A DNA stretch of 64,000 nt from a virus (Duplodnaviria; Caudoviricetes). The notes beneath the pieces are model-generated. The model saw only the letters and a program-made list of their open reading frames with translations, made no database searches and had not been told where the DNA came from. The stretch covers positions 1-64,000 of IMG/VR virus record IMGVR_UViG_2597490201_000002; one strand, 5' to 3'. Shown one piece after another: positions 1-9,081 of the stretch; within the stretch, counting starts at the first letter, position 1; each line of letters starts with the position of its first letter. The position numbers were made by a program, and so were the translations under genes.

Positions 1-1203
1 CTAACCTTGCCCGTTTTCGGCGGAACGAACCGGGAAGGTGTCTAACCCGACAACAGTGCTTTGGCCAGCATTTCGATAGGCCATTTGCACGGCGTCGGTC
101 ATATCCTTGAGCATGCCGCGGCGCTTCGCCCGGCGCTGATAATGCTCGGTCATGGTCTCGCTGCCATGGCCCAGAAGGTGCTTCACCTGCTGCGGCTCAT
201 ATCCGCATTCAGCGAGAACAGTTGCCACGCCATGCCGCGCGCCATGGAACGTGATGCCGGGGGCGACCTTCTTGGCCTCCTCAACTTCGTCGCGCCATTT
301 CCCCCATGAAGTCCTGAACCCATCCGAGGTCCATGCCTTGCCCCGTGTGTTGACGAACATCGTCATCACCAGGTCTTGGATATCCTCGCGAGAGTTCTTC
401 GCGGCCGCCTTCCGGCGCCGCTCCTCCCATAGCGCCTCCCGCCATGCGTTGTAGCGCTTCAGGATTGCCCAGAGATCGTCACAGACGGGCAATTCGAGCG
501 CCCGGCGGGTCTTGCTCGTCGTGAGGCTCAAAAGCCGCTCAGTGATCGCGCCCTTTGACATTTTGATGATGTCGCCCTCGCGCAATCCCAGATAGGCGGC
601 CATTGCTATTGGTGCTGCCAGATGGATAGGCGCGGCAAGAATGGTGACGGCTTCCTCTGGCATCCACGGACGGTTCGCATCGGGTAGGTCCGTAGGTCTT
701 GCGACGGAAGAGATGTCGGAAACCGGATTGCTCTGACAGTGCCCATACTCCACGCCGTAGGCGAAAACTTTGCTGAGCGTGATCAGTAGCTGATTGGCAT
801 GCTTGAAACCGCTTAGCTCGCTCGCAATGTCTCGCAACTCCGTAATCACCTTAGGCTTGAAGCGATCAAGCATGTGGTTTTGCACGTCACCTAGCGAGTC
901 GAATATCCGCTGATAGTCCTTCTGGGTTCTCTCCCTCAGGCCTTTCCAATGGGCCGACTTCTCCTGGTATTCTGCGATCAGGACGCGCAGCGTGCCGGCG
1001 CGCATGGCGTGGGGCTTGTAGAGGGCATCGAGGCGGGCGACTTCGGCGGCCAACTGCGCACCGGTCAGGCTGGGATCAATAGCCACCTGCGGACAGCCCT
1101 TGCGACGGTAGTAGCGCCTGAGCTTACCGTGCCGGTCGGTGTATTGCTTTATGCCCACGATCTTTACCAGCACGGAAGGCGGCTCCGATGATGTCACTGT
1201 CAT
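1..1203 (-). CDS. int: Tyrosine recombinase / phage integrase
   Basis: Catalytic R (GLREGD), K (TSKT), HxxR (HGARH), LGH and Y (TEHY). The true start may be the GTG at 1173. Confidence 0.93.
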   Translation of the reverse strand: MTVTSSEPPSVLVKIVGIKQYTDRHGKLRRYYRRKGCPQVAIDPSLTGAQLAAEVARLDALYKPHAMRAGTLRVLIAEYQEKSAHWKGLRERTQKDYQRIFDSLGDVQNHMLDRFKPKVITELRDIASELSGFKHANQLLITLSKVFAYGVEYGHCQSNPVSDISSVARPTDLPDANRPWMPEEAVTILAAPIHLAAPIAMAAYLGLREGDIIKMSKGAITERLLSLTTSKTRRALELPVCDDLWAILKRYNAWREALWEERRRKAAAKNSREDIQDLVMTMFVNTRGKAWTSDGFRTSWGKWRDEVEEAKKVAPGITFHGARHGVATVLAECGYEPQQVKHLLGHGSETMTEHYQRRAKRRGMLKDMTDAVQMAYRNAGQSTVVGLDTFPVRSAENGQG

Positions 1204-1399
1204 CAGATGCCGGTGATTGGGTCATCGTGTCCAGCCATTCGTCGAGGCGGACGCGATCATAGCGGACGCAGTTGCCATAATTCACAGGCTGGACGTGCGG
1301 TCGCGCGGCGGATTCGAAGCGGGCTGTCGATGTGAAGCCGCAGTAGCTCGCGGCCTCATCTTTGCTCAACATTCGCTTGGGCGGTGCGCTTAATCGCAT
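1124..1399 (-). CDS. Excisionase-like HTH protein
   Basis: LSKDEAASYCG...VRYDRVRLDEWLD is a typical Xis/HTH_17-like pattern, and the gene lies immediately upstream of and overlapping int. Confidence 0.75.
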   Translation of the reverse strand: MRLSAPPKRMLSKDEAASYCGFTSTARFESAARPHVQPVNYGNCVRYDRVRLDEWLDTMTQSPASDDSDIIGAAFRAGKDRGHKAIHRPAR

Positions 1400-1719
1400 T
1401 TATTCGCCTCCCCCAAGCAATCGCCAGAGAGCAGTGCGGATGGCTCAAGAGAGCCAACCAGTATCCGCCTGCGGTAAAGCTGGGCCAGCGCATTTGCAGC
1501 CGTCCCTTCCTGGTCCTCGGCGAGCGACACCGGGTATTTGTCGCCCAGCACCAACAGAAGTTCTTCCGCCTGGTTGCGGCGCGGGAGCAGCGTCACGAAC
1601 TCGGGGACCACGCGCTCATCGAGCAGGACCACCTGAACGTGCTCGTCCTGCAGGATGCTGAGACAACTGTTCTGGTCGATCCGGACGAGCACTGCTGGCA
1701 CCATCGGAGCGGCACTCAT
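1390..1719 (-). CDS. Hypothetical phage protein
   Basis: 109-aa ORF that overlaps both neighbours in the operon. Confidence 0.6.
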   Translation of the reverse strand: MSAAPMVPAVLVRIDQNSCLSILQDEHVQVVLLDERVVPEFVTLLPRRNQAEELLLVLGDKYPVSLAEDQEGTAANALAQLYRRRILVGSLEPSALLSGDCLGEANKCD

Positions 1720-2321
1720 AGCTTGCCACCCAGTTCTTCGTACCGCTGAAGGAAAGCCTCTGCTGCAACATCAGGCGCCCATGGGATGATCTTGAACGAA
1801 TAGGGCTGCGCGCCTCTAGACCATTCCCATTCTTCACCACCCCATCGCATCAGATCGCGCCGCTCAGTTGCGAGCATGCGAAGATCCATCAGCTTGATTG
1901 CGTCTGGGTCTGCGATAGCAACACCGAAGCGTGCTGCATTCGCAGCCTCGCAGCGCTTCTCGACAGTCTTATACTCAGGGCAAAGCGACTTCAGGGGGCC
2001 CGTCATGTCGCCACACACCGGTTCGCCAAGCTCATGCATCAGGAAGTCGTGTGCCAGATCAAGACGGTCATCGTCTTCCGCCTGATAGCTCCCACGAACG
2101 CAGTGTTCGGCCACGCTATAGAAGACGCGTCGCTGAAGGATCGGGCTCCAACATTGGCCTGCAAAGCGACAAGCATAGGCAAGGCCGTAGGCTACATCCT
2201 CAATAGTAATCTCGGACGTCTCGGGAGCCTCGAAATCGTAATAGGTGCCGGATCCGAGCAAGATCGTCGGTCCTTTGATCCTACGAATGGACGTCTGCTT
2301 CATCTCGTCGATCGTTGCCAT
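1716..2321 (-). CDS. HD-domain nucleotidase (YfbR/YfdR-like), copy 1
   Basis: IEDVAYGLA..CRFAGQ, YSVAEHCV, LMHE..E...GDM..PLK and DLRMLATERRDLM motifs. Confidence 0.8.
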   Translation of the reverse strand: MATIDEMKQTSIRRIKGPTILLGSGTYYDFEAPETSEITIEDVAYGLAYACRFAGQCWSPILQRRVFYSVAEHCVRGSYQAEDDDRLDLAHDFLMHELGEPVCGDMTGPLKSLCPEYKTVEKRCEAANAARFGVAIADPDAIKLMDLRMLATERRDLMRWGGEEWEWSRGAQPYSFKIIPWAPDVAAEAFLQRYEELGGKL

Positions 2322-2905
2322 CAGCTTCTCCCAACTTCGGCGAGCGCTTCGTCGCGAGCACGGTTCAGCGCGGCCATCAGTTCATTGCTCCCGCCGCGGT
2401 CAGGGTGCGCTGTCTTCGCCTTGTCGCGGAAATGCGATTCCACCAGGTTGGATGTCGGCTTGTCGTTGGGGCCGAAGCCAAGCTCTTCGCGCCACGTCCG
2501 CGTGGTGCTTGGCGACGGGAGTGCGGCGAACCCCGTGAAGGTTGCCCGCACCAGCGCCAGCGTGCCGTGGCGCAGTTCGGTGCGCCGAGCCTCGATGATG
2601 TGGTGGATGGCCTGCAGGTTGGCCTCCACCTTCGAGTAGCGATCCACGGGAATGCAGACCGACAGGCCATCCCAGGTGAACCAGACCGACACGCCCGGAT
2701 CCTGCGGGTTGTTGATGCCCAGCGTCACGTTGCTGCTGATGACGATGTCGCCCAGCGGCTTTCCGCTGTCGGCAGCAAACCGGCGCAGGCTGTCCTGCAC
2801 GTTCTTGATGGCACCGGCGAGGGTGGTCTTAAACTGGCCGGCCTGGCGGGCGGCCTTGTACCGAGGCATGGTTTCGGGCCAGGCGAGGGGGTATGGGGTC
2901 ATCAC
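2321..2905 (-). CDS. Phage protein with C-terminal J-domain
   Basis: C-terminal WREELG...FRDKAKTAHPDRGGSNELMAALNRARDEAL contains the HPD motif. Confidence 0.8.
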   Translation of the reverse strand: MMTPYPLAWPETMPRYKAARQAGQFKTTLAGAIKNVQDSLRRFAADSGKPLGDIVISSNVTLGINNPQDPGVSVWFTWDGLSVCIPVDRYSKVEANLQAIHHIIEARRTELRHGTLALVRATFTGFAALPSPSTTRTWREELGFGPNDKPTSNLVESHFRDKAKTAHPDRGGSNELMAALNRARDEALAEVGRS

Positions 2906-3261
2906 AGGCTCCGTATCTTCGAACGCTCGAATGCGTCGCTATCGGCATGGTCTTGGGATGCGCGGTATTCGCGGATCAGGTCATCGCGGATGTGGCCTAG
3001 GACGAACCCGGTAAAGGGCCGCAGGAACTCGTCCGGATCGTCGCCGTCGCCATACCCAAGGTCGCCGGCCCACTCATTGGCGAAGTCGGTGGTGATGTCC
3101 TTGGCGTCCTGCTCTTCGGCGAAAACCCGGTAAACCTGAAAGCTCTCACCGTGCTCCTCGAGGATGTCGGCAAGGAAGTCGCGGGCATCGACGACCTCGT
3201 AGGCGAAACGGACTGGCGCCCCCTCGAAGAGGATAACCAGCACTTCAATCGGAAGCGTCAT
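2902..3261 (-). CDS. Hypothetical acidic protein
   Basis: ATGA-coupled to both neighbours; start MTLPIEV at 3261. Confidence 0.6.
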   Translation of the reverse strand: MTLPIEVLVILFEGAPVRFAYEVVDARDFLADILEEHGESFQVYRVFAEEQDAKDITTDFANEWAGDLGYGDGDDPDEFLRPFTGFVLGHIRDDLIREYRASQDHADSDAFERSKIRSL

Positions 3262-3662
3262 GCGGCCCTCCTGCTGATTTGACGTGCGTTGCGAATGATT
3301 TGGGTGCCGGCGCTTGTGTCGCCGGAAACCGCGTAGAGCAGGGCCGCAATCAAGATCGGATCGATCCCGACTGCCTCCCAATATTGGCGCTCGTTCATGC
3401 TGTGCTGCCGGCGGTGCTGGTCCGCTGCCAGCGGCACCGTCCAGCAGTCCGAGGGCTTCAGCCCCGTGCCGGCCGATCGCTTGCCATACCGGTCGTCGGC
3501 ATAGCGGATGTGGGCGACCTGCACTGGCTCGTGGCCGGGCACGACGGACGGCAGTTCATGCAGCCAAGCCATGTGCTGCTTATCGTGCCGCCTGGGTTGC
3601 TTCTGGCGCAGCCCGTCCAGCGAGAAGGCGGTGTCCGGACGGTTGACACGGGAAGCAGTCAT
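3258..3662 (-). CDS. DUF968-like (HNH-related) protein
   Basis: HMAWLHELP, AHIRY, KPSDCWTVPL..DQHRRQH and ERQYW..GIDP motifs. Confidence 0.7.
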   Translation of the reverse strand: MTASRVNRPDTAFSLDGLRQKQPRRHDKQHMAWLHELPSVVPGHEPVQVAHIRYADDRYGKRSAGTGLKPSDCWTVPLAADQHRRQHSMNERQYWEAVGIDPILIAALLYAVSGDTSAGTQIIRNARQISRRAA

Positions 3663-3967
3663 AGCCCCACACTCCGCTCGATCGCCGCTCGCTTAAGGCG
3701 CTTCCATAGGCGCCACTGAGCAGCGTCGGCTCGCCGCGCCGTTTCGTGGACGGTCGTCCATGCCTCAACCATGGCAACAGTCGCCAGTATCGATTCCGCG
3801 CGGCGCAGGCGGCGTCTAGCGCGGTTGCGGGCGGCCTTCATCCATCGCGGGACCAGCTTCCAATGGTCAGCGCAGATCCATTCGATGTACGGACCGAGGA
3901 CGTCACCTTTGCGATCGCCACGGGTCCGCGTGCAGCCTGGCACGCTGCAGTTCAAGCGCTGCTTCAT
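3659..3967 (-). CDS. Hypothetical Cys/His-containing protein
   Basis: CSVPGC...ICADHWKLVP, likely metal-binding. Start moved to MKQRLN. Confidence 0.55.
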   Translation of the reverse strand: MKQRLNCSVPGCTRTRGDRKGDVLGPYIEWICADHWKLVPRWMKAARNRARRRLRRAESILATVAMVEAWTTVHETARRADAAQWRLWKRLKRAAIERSVGL

Positions 3968-4058
3968 CTGAACGTCACCCGGCCGCGAACCGACCATAGG
4001 AAGGTGTTGCTCCGGCCATAGGTCCACCGGAGGAAGAAGGGAACGGGACACCTGGGCA

Positions 4059-5153
4059 TCACGCTACCACCGTGATTTTCTCGGCCGCTCGAGTCACCGC
4101 CGTGTAGAGGTGACGATCGCGGTCATCGCGGAAGACGGTGCTCTCGTCGAAGAGATAGACGTTTTCCCATTGGCTCCCCTGGGCCTTGTGGACCGTCAGC
4201 GCGTAGCCGAAGTAGAACTCGTCGTACCGGCGTCGATCCTTCCAATCGAACTCCTCTTCCCGGCCCTGGAACCACTTTTCGTGAGTGAAGACCAAGGCGT
4301 CACCGGCGCGTGCGCCAGCGTCGTCTGGGCGAAGCAAAAGCTCCATATTGCCGCGACCTTTGGGGAAGGTCTGCTTTACGAGCCATAACTGGCCGTTGAG
4401 GAGGTTCTTCTGGTGATTGTTCCGCAGGCAAACGAGGCGGTCGCCCGGCACAGGCTCGCGGTGCGGCATCCCCTTCAGTTGACGGATGCGATCATTGTAG
4501 ATGATGCGGGTGGCGTTCTTGCCGCATAGCACCTGGTCGGCAGTCAGAACGTCATCGCGGTCGACATTGGCTGCGCGGATCACCTTGCTCTCGCCATAGG
4601 TGCCGAAATCGAGCCCGTTGCCCTCTCGAATGTCCATCGACATGCGGATGATCGGATTGTCGGCGGCCTGACGGTGGATCTCGGTGAGCATGATGTCTGG
4701 CCGGACGTCGGTGAAATAGCCGGCGTCCTTGACTGGCGGTAGCTGGAACGGATCGCCCAGCACCAGAACCTTTTTCCCGAATGAGAGGAGGTCGCGCGCC
4801 AGCTCGGCGCCGACCATCGACACCTCGTCGATGACCACGAGATCCGCGTCGACTATTTCACTATCGGGGTTGAGGACGAACTTCGGCTCCCCGCCGATTT
4901 CGTTGACCATTGTGTAGATAAGGCTGTGGATCGTGCTGGCGCCGAAACAGCCACGCTTGCGCATCACCAAGGCGGCCTTGCCTGTGAAGGCGGCGAATAC
5001 GACCGTGTTCACCTCTTCGGCCAGGTGCACCGCGAGCGTTGACTTGCCGGTACCAGCCCAGCCGAACAGCCGGAATACCTGCTGTCCCTGCGGGTCACGT
5101 AGCCAGGTCGACACCTGCTTCAGGGCGCCGTCTTGCTGGGGAGACCACTGCAT
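4059..5153 (-). CDS. RecD/Dda-like SF1 helicase
   Basis: Walker A GWAGTGKS, AFTGKAA, TIHS, VIDEVSMV, GDPFQLPPV, YALTVHKAQGSQW and LYTAVTRA. Confidence 0.9.
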   Translation of the reverse strand: MQWSPQQDGALKQVSTWLRDPQGQQVFRLFGWAGTGKSTLAVHLAEEVNTVVFAAFTGKAALVMRKRGCFGASTIHSLIYTMVNEIGGEPKFVLNPDSEIVDADLVVIDEVSMVGAELARDLLSFGKKVLVLGDPFQLPPVKDAGYFTDVRPDIMLTEIHRQAADNPIIRMSMDIREGNGLDFGTYGESKVIRAANVDRDDVLTADQVLCGKNATRIIYNDRIRQLKGMPHREPVPGDRLVCLRNNHQKNLLNGQLWLVKQTFPKGRGNMELLLRPDDAGARAGDALVFTHEKWFQGREEEFDWKDRRRYDEFYFGYALTVHKAQGSQWENVYLFDESTVFRDDRDRHLYTAVTRAAEKITVVA

Positions 5154-5875
5154 TAGGCAGTCCTCGCCAACTGGTCGATGTTGCCGTGCTCGACGGTGAA
5201 GGTGTAGGCGGCGACCCAAGGGTTTCCGTACCAGGAGCCGTCCTGTGTGGTCGCATCCATTTCACCGTTTACGTAGGCCCAAAGAACGCTGTAGGCGGTC
5301 CTCGCCGATGAGCCGACACACCACTCGTCGTCTTTGACTTTGACGCCAAACTGCTCGTTGCGATCGGTGAAATCGGTCTTGGCGATGCCCTCAGCCAAGG
5401 CATCGGCCTCGCTGATATCCTGCAGCCGCTCGACCCGCACATCGGTGACGGTGAGTGTCATGCGAGAGGCCCAGCGGGGCATGTGCATGGCCTGCCGATG
5501 CTTGCCCAACCAAAGGTCTGTCGGTTCGTCCGCCAGGTAGCGGAGGGCACATTCCTTTTGTCGAAGGACCGGACCGCCGCGTTTCGAGTTCGCCGGCGCC
5601 CAATCGTCGAATACGCGCTGCACCTTCCAAGCTTCACGGACATAGAGCCGGTCGCCAGGCTGGATGCTGCACTTCACCAGCACCTGCAAGTTGAGGGTCT
5701 GGTCATGGAACGCAAAGTGGGGAGCGCCCGGCCCGGAGACGATGCCAAGAAAGCGATACCGACCTGGGTTCTTGTTTATCTCGCCAAGGCCACCGACGCG
5801 CCGCGTCTGCGTCTTGGTGCCGGCGAGCAACGCGCGGACCATGGGGCCAGAGAAGAGGAAGGGTTTGTCAGCCAT
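5153..5875 (-). CDS. ASCH/PUA-like phage protein, copy 1
   Basis: FSGPMVRALLAGTKTQTRR, GDRLYVREAW, HMPRWASRMTL..TDVRVERLQDISE and NPWV motifs. Confidence 0.7.
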   Translation of the reverse strand: MADKPFLFSGPMVRALLAGTKTQTRRVGGLGEINKNPGRYRFLGIVSGPGAPHFAFHDQTLNLQVLVKCSIQPGDRLYVREAWKVQRVFDDWAPANSKRGGPVLRQKECALRYLADEPTDLWLGKHRQAMHMPRWASRMTLTVTDVRVERLQDISEADALAEGIAKTDFTDRNEQFGVKVKDDEWCVGSSARTAYSVLWAYVNGEMDATTQDGSWYGNPWVAAYTFTVEHGNIDQLARTA

Positions 5876-6605
5876 TGGACTTCTCCAGCCACCACTGCGC
5901 CGAGAACTTGACGTCCTCGTCCATGTCGGATTTGTCGATGATCCACGAGAGGTAACCGCGGTCGCTCTGGGCGACCTCTTTGAAGGACTTGCCGCGGTGC
6001 TTGCCGAACGTGATGTTCGTCAGGAAGGCGGGCTCCTTGGAGATCTCCACCAAGCGGCCGAGCGGCCGCAGGCGCAGCAACGCTTGCAGGATGTGCGCGG
6101 TCACGTAGGCGTCGGGCAAGGCCCGGTGCGGCGGGTCTGAGAGCTTGCGGTCGCACGGAAGTTGCAGATGATACCGCAGGCCCTGATTGGTGTGGTTCGG
6201 CGCATCCGGCCAGGCGCGCAGGGCGCACTTGTAGGTGCAAATGTAACTGCGGCCCCGGCCGTTGAAGAAATGCTGTTCGAACTTGGCGTTGTGGGCCGCG
6301 TAGACATCGGCCTCGGTCATGCCGCGAAGCAGGTGCGGGAACACCGTCATGCTCGGCGGCGCGTCGGCGACGTCGGCGTCCATGATGTGGTGGATTGCCA
6401 TAGTGGCCGCCGGGATAAAGCCGGAAGGCTTGAACAGCGAAGTCCAGCAGCTTTCCATAACGATGGGGAAGCCCTCGGCGAGGAGGTCGACGTCGATGGT
6501 GCCGGCTTCGATGATCTCGGAGCTTTCATCTTCGGGGTAGCCAGTCGTCTCGAAGTCGAGGACTCGAGCGATGGCGGGGGAGTGGCTGAGGTCGAGTTCG
6601 GTCAT
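5868..6605 (-). CDS. DEDDh 3'-5' exonuclease (ExoX-like)
   Basis: LDFETTG, AHNAKFE, CTYK, HRALPDAYVT, and a C-terminal FGKHRGK..YLSWI domain. Confidence 0.85.
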   Translation of the reverse strand: MTELDLSHSPAIARVLDFETTGYPEDESSEIIEAGTIDVDLLAEGFPIVMESCWTSLFKPSGFIPAATMAIHHIMDADVADAPPSMTVFPHLLRGMTEADVYAAHNAKFEQHFFNGRGRSYICTYKCALRAWPDAPNHTNQGLRYHLQLPCDRKLSDPPHRALPDAYVTAHILQALLRLRPLGRLVEISKEPAFLTNITFGKHRGKSFKEVAQSDRGYLSWIIDKSDMDEDVKFSAQWWLEKSNG

Positions 6606-6985
6606 GCCACGAAACCCTGCAACCCTTTGCCCTCAGGGGACGGCTGCTGTCTAAGCGCGGCCAAGGCTGCCTCCCGAACGAAGTCGGTTGAGCTATGGCC
6701 CGGCCTAGCGGCACAGTACTCGTCGATCTGGTGCAACCAGCGACGCAAACGTGCGATCTCCCGGTCGCTCTCAGTAAGGATGTTGGTGTCGAAGTCCGAA
6801 ATCGCTCCCTTCAAAGCAATGTTGATGTCCTGGAGCTGGGAGATACCCATCGGCGCGTAGAATGGGCGATCGTCCGCCGGCATTCCGCAGGTGTAACCGC
6901 GCGCCCAACAGGCGAGGTCGGAAAGACCGTCTTGGATATGGCGAGCGGCCTCGGGGGAAAGGTTGATTTGAACGCCGGCCATCAC
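6602..6985 (-). CDS. Hypothetical protein
   Basis: 127-aa ORF coupled within the operon. Confidence 0.55.
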   Translation of the reverse strand: MMAGVQINLSPEAARHIQDGLSDLACWARGYTCGMPADDRPFYAPMGISQLQDINIALKGAISDFDTNILTESDREIARLRRWLHQIDEYCAARPGHSSTDFVREAALAALRQQPSPEGKGLQGFVA

Positions 6986-8115
6986 CCATTCGTCTCCGCG
7001 TCAGCGAGCACTTCGTCGTACCTGGCAAGCCAGAACCCGGTCTGAGCCTCATTGAGGCCTTCGGGCGCTTCACGCTCGGCGCCGGACAGCGCCGTTGAGG
7101 TCGCATCCCGCAGCACTTCTGGGTCTGCCTGCTCGTCGCTTGGTGGGTTCTTGGTCTTCAAGACGGCACCGGAGGAGGAGCGGATTTCGCTGAAGAGCGC
7201 CGTGATGGCGGTATGGCCATTCACGTGCTGCCCCGCGTCAGCGGGAACGATCAGCTCGCCCGCGCCGCCGCGGGAGTAGCCAGTGGGCAGGATCCCAGAC
7301 TTGATGGCACGAATGGCATACTCGCGGTTAAGCCAGTCCACTGCGCTGGGATCCGTGATCGGTGAGGCCACCGTCTCGGAAACCTCTGGCTTTCGTTCCT
7401 GGGCCTGCGGCGCCAGCTCTGCGGCAACGGTGTCAGCATTGAAGCCCGTCGATGACTGGGATGCCGCAAGGCGTGCGGCCAGGCCGGATCCAGCGGGAGG
7501 CGTGACGTCGCGCATCTGCTGCGCCCCCTCCATCTCGTCGATGTCGTAGATGCCGAGGAGGACGTCCGGGAAATGCCGGCGGCAAAGGGCCCGACCGGAG
7601 TAATAGCAAAACTGCTGGTCCGGATCGTTCTTCCACAGCGGCGAGTTCTTCGGCGTGATGACCGAAAACTTCGGCGACTTGTATTCGACCTCTTCACCTT
7701 CCAGGGTGGTCGCCGATGCGATGCAGAGGCGGTCGTTGCCTTCGCCTTCAAACCGGTACCGGATGCGCCCCTTGATCGGCGCACGGCGGAGGATGACGGC
7801 TTGAATCAACTGGCTTTCATAGGCGAGCTGGTCGTTGACCTCATAGCTCTTGTTGGCCACGGCATAGGGCGACATGCCCCACTCGACGGCTTGGATAACG
7901 ATGCCGAAGCATGCGCCAGGGTTGTTGCGCAGGTGCTTGCGGACCGCCTTGTCCGATCCGGCCATGAGATAGGCGATATCGCGCGCTTCAGCGACGGTGT
8001 GGAAGACGATGCCGCCACCTTCAGATGAAAGGCGCGTCAGGGTGTTGCGTGCCTGCGCTGGCGCCGGCAATGCGGCCTGGTCGGTGGTGGGGTGCTCGGT
8101 AAGGTCGATGGTCAT
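6982..8115 (-). CDS. RecT-like single-strand annealing protein
   Basis: NPGACFGIVIQAVEWGMSPYAVANKSY, NSPLWKNDPDQQ and RALCRRHFPDVLLGIY; adjacent to a RecE-like gene. Confidence 0.85.
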   Translation of the reverse strand: MTIDLTEHPTTDQAALPAPAQARNTLTRLSSEGGGIVFHTVAEARDIAYLMAGSDKAVRKHLRNNPGACFGIVIQAVEWGMSPYAVANKSYEVNDQLAYESQLIQAVILRRAPIKGRIRYRFEGEGNDRLCIASATTLEGEEVEYKSPKFSVITPKNSPLWKNDPDQQFCYYSGRALCRRHFPDVLLGIYDIDEMEGAQQMRDVTPPAGSGLAARLAASQSSTGFNADTVAAELAPQAQERKPEVSETVASPITDPSAVDWLNREYAIRAIKSGILPTGYSRGGAGELIVPADAGQHVNGHTAITALFSEIRSSSGAVLKTKNPPSDEQADPEVLRDATSTALSGAEREAPEGLNEAQTGFWLARYDEVLADAETNG

Positions 8116-9074
8116 GCAAACTGCCTTTCGAGCATGTCGAGACGCTTGTCGAAGTTCTGACGGCCGGTGTCGGGAAGGGAGAGGGGCTGGGCATCCGCCT
8201 GGCTGGCCGTGGGGCCCGGCCAATAGCCGCTCTTCATGCAGTGCTTGAAAATCTGAATGGCGGTGAACACAGCGCGCTCACCCCGAATGATGTCTTCGTC
8301 GAGCAGGGTGCGGATCGACACTGCGTGCGTGTTGCCGGTATCGACGAAGACGAGATGGAAGCCTTCCATGTGACGGCCAAGCACGGCGGCAGAGCCCATC
8401 CCGACAAGGGCGGCCTGCACGAAGTATCCGCGGTCCATCACGGTCCAGCTCAGATCCCGGTCTTCGACGCCGGAGCTGGTGGTCTTGAGGTCGGCAAAGT
8501 CGTTGCTGTCGCCGGGGATTGCGTCGGGGCGGGCCTTCAGCCAGACCCCGTCATATTCCCAGATCAGCGAGCGTTCGATTTCGCCCGAGAGCGCGCCGCC
8601 TTGCGCGACCAGCGGCGTATTGGCCAGGCCGCAATTGGTCATGCCCTTCTGCCAATCGAGAACGCCAGCCATCCCCCTGATTTGCTCGACCTGAGTGGGT
8701 GAGAGGACGGCGCGGCCTTCCTCGGCGCGAGCTTTCAGCCAGTCCTTACAAACGGTGCGGTTGCCGTGCCACTTCTCGCCTCCCAACGTTTCGGGGCGCG
8801 CGACAAAGTGCTTGCCGAAGTCGGCTTCGCCGAGCGCAAGGTGGTGCGCAGCGCGGCCGAGAACATAAGCCTCCTTCTCCGGCTCTTCCGCACGGTTAGG
8901 GTTGAGTTCGGAGTGCTTCCAGAATTCTGCCGGGCTGCGGAGCAGCCGACGGATGCCGGTACTGGAGAGCGATGGGCCTTCGGTACACTGGCGGTGATAC
9001 CAGTCGTTCGACATGTCATAATAGCCTAGCGACGTGATGATCTCGCCGTCTTCGACTTTACGAAGTTCGGTCAT
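8112..9074 (-). CDS. RecE/exonuclease VIII-like PD-(D/E)XK nuclease
   Basis: YH...LSSTGI, LGRAAH, ERSLIW, KARPD, DLKTT and YFVQAA. Confidence 0.85.
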   Translation of the reverse strand: MTELRKVEDGEIITSLGYYDMSNDWYHRQCTEGPSLSSTGIRRLLRSPAEFWKHSELNPNRAEEPEKEAYVLGRAAHHLALGEADFGKHFVARPETLGGEKWHGNRTVCKDWLKARAEEGRAVLSPTQVEQIRGMAGVLDWQKGMTNCGLANTPLVAQGGALSGEIERSLIWEYDGVWLKARPDAIPGDSNDFADLKTTSSGVEDRDLSWTVMDRGYFVQAALVGMGSAAVLGRHMEGFHLVFVDTGNTHAVSIRTLLDEDIIRGERAVFTAIQIFKHCMKSGYWPGPTASQADAQPLSLPDTGRQNFDKRLDMLERQFA

Positions 9075-9081
9075 GGGTGCC

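Noticed and set aside
1-60. attL / tRNA integration site
   Set aside because: The window starts at the integrase stop codon; no flanking sequence or tRNA is visible.
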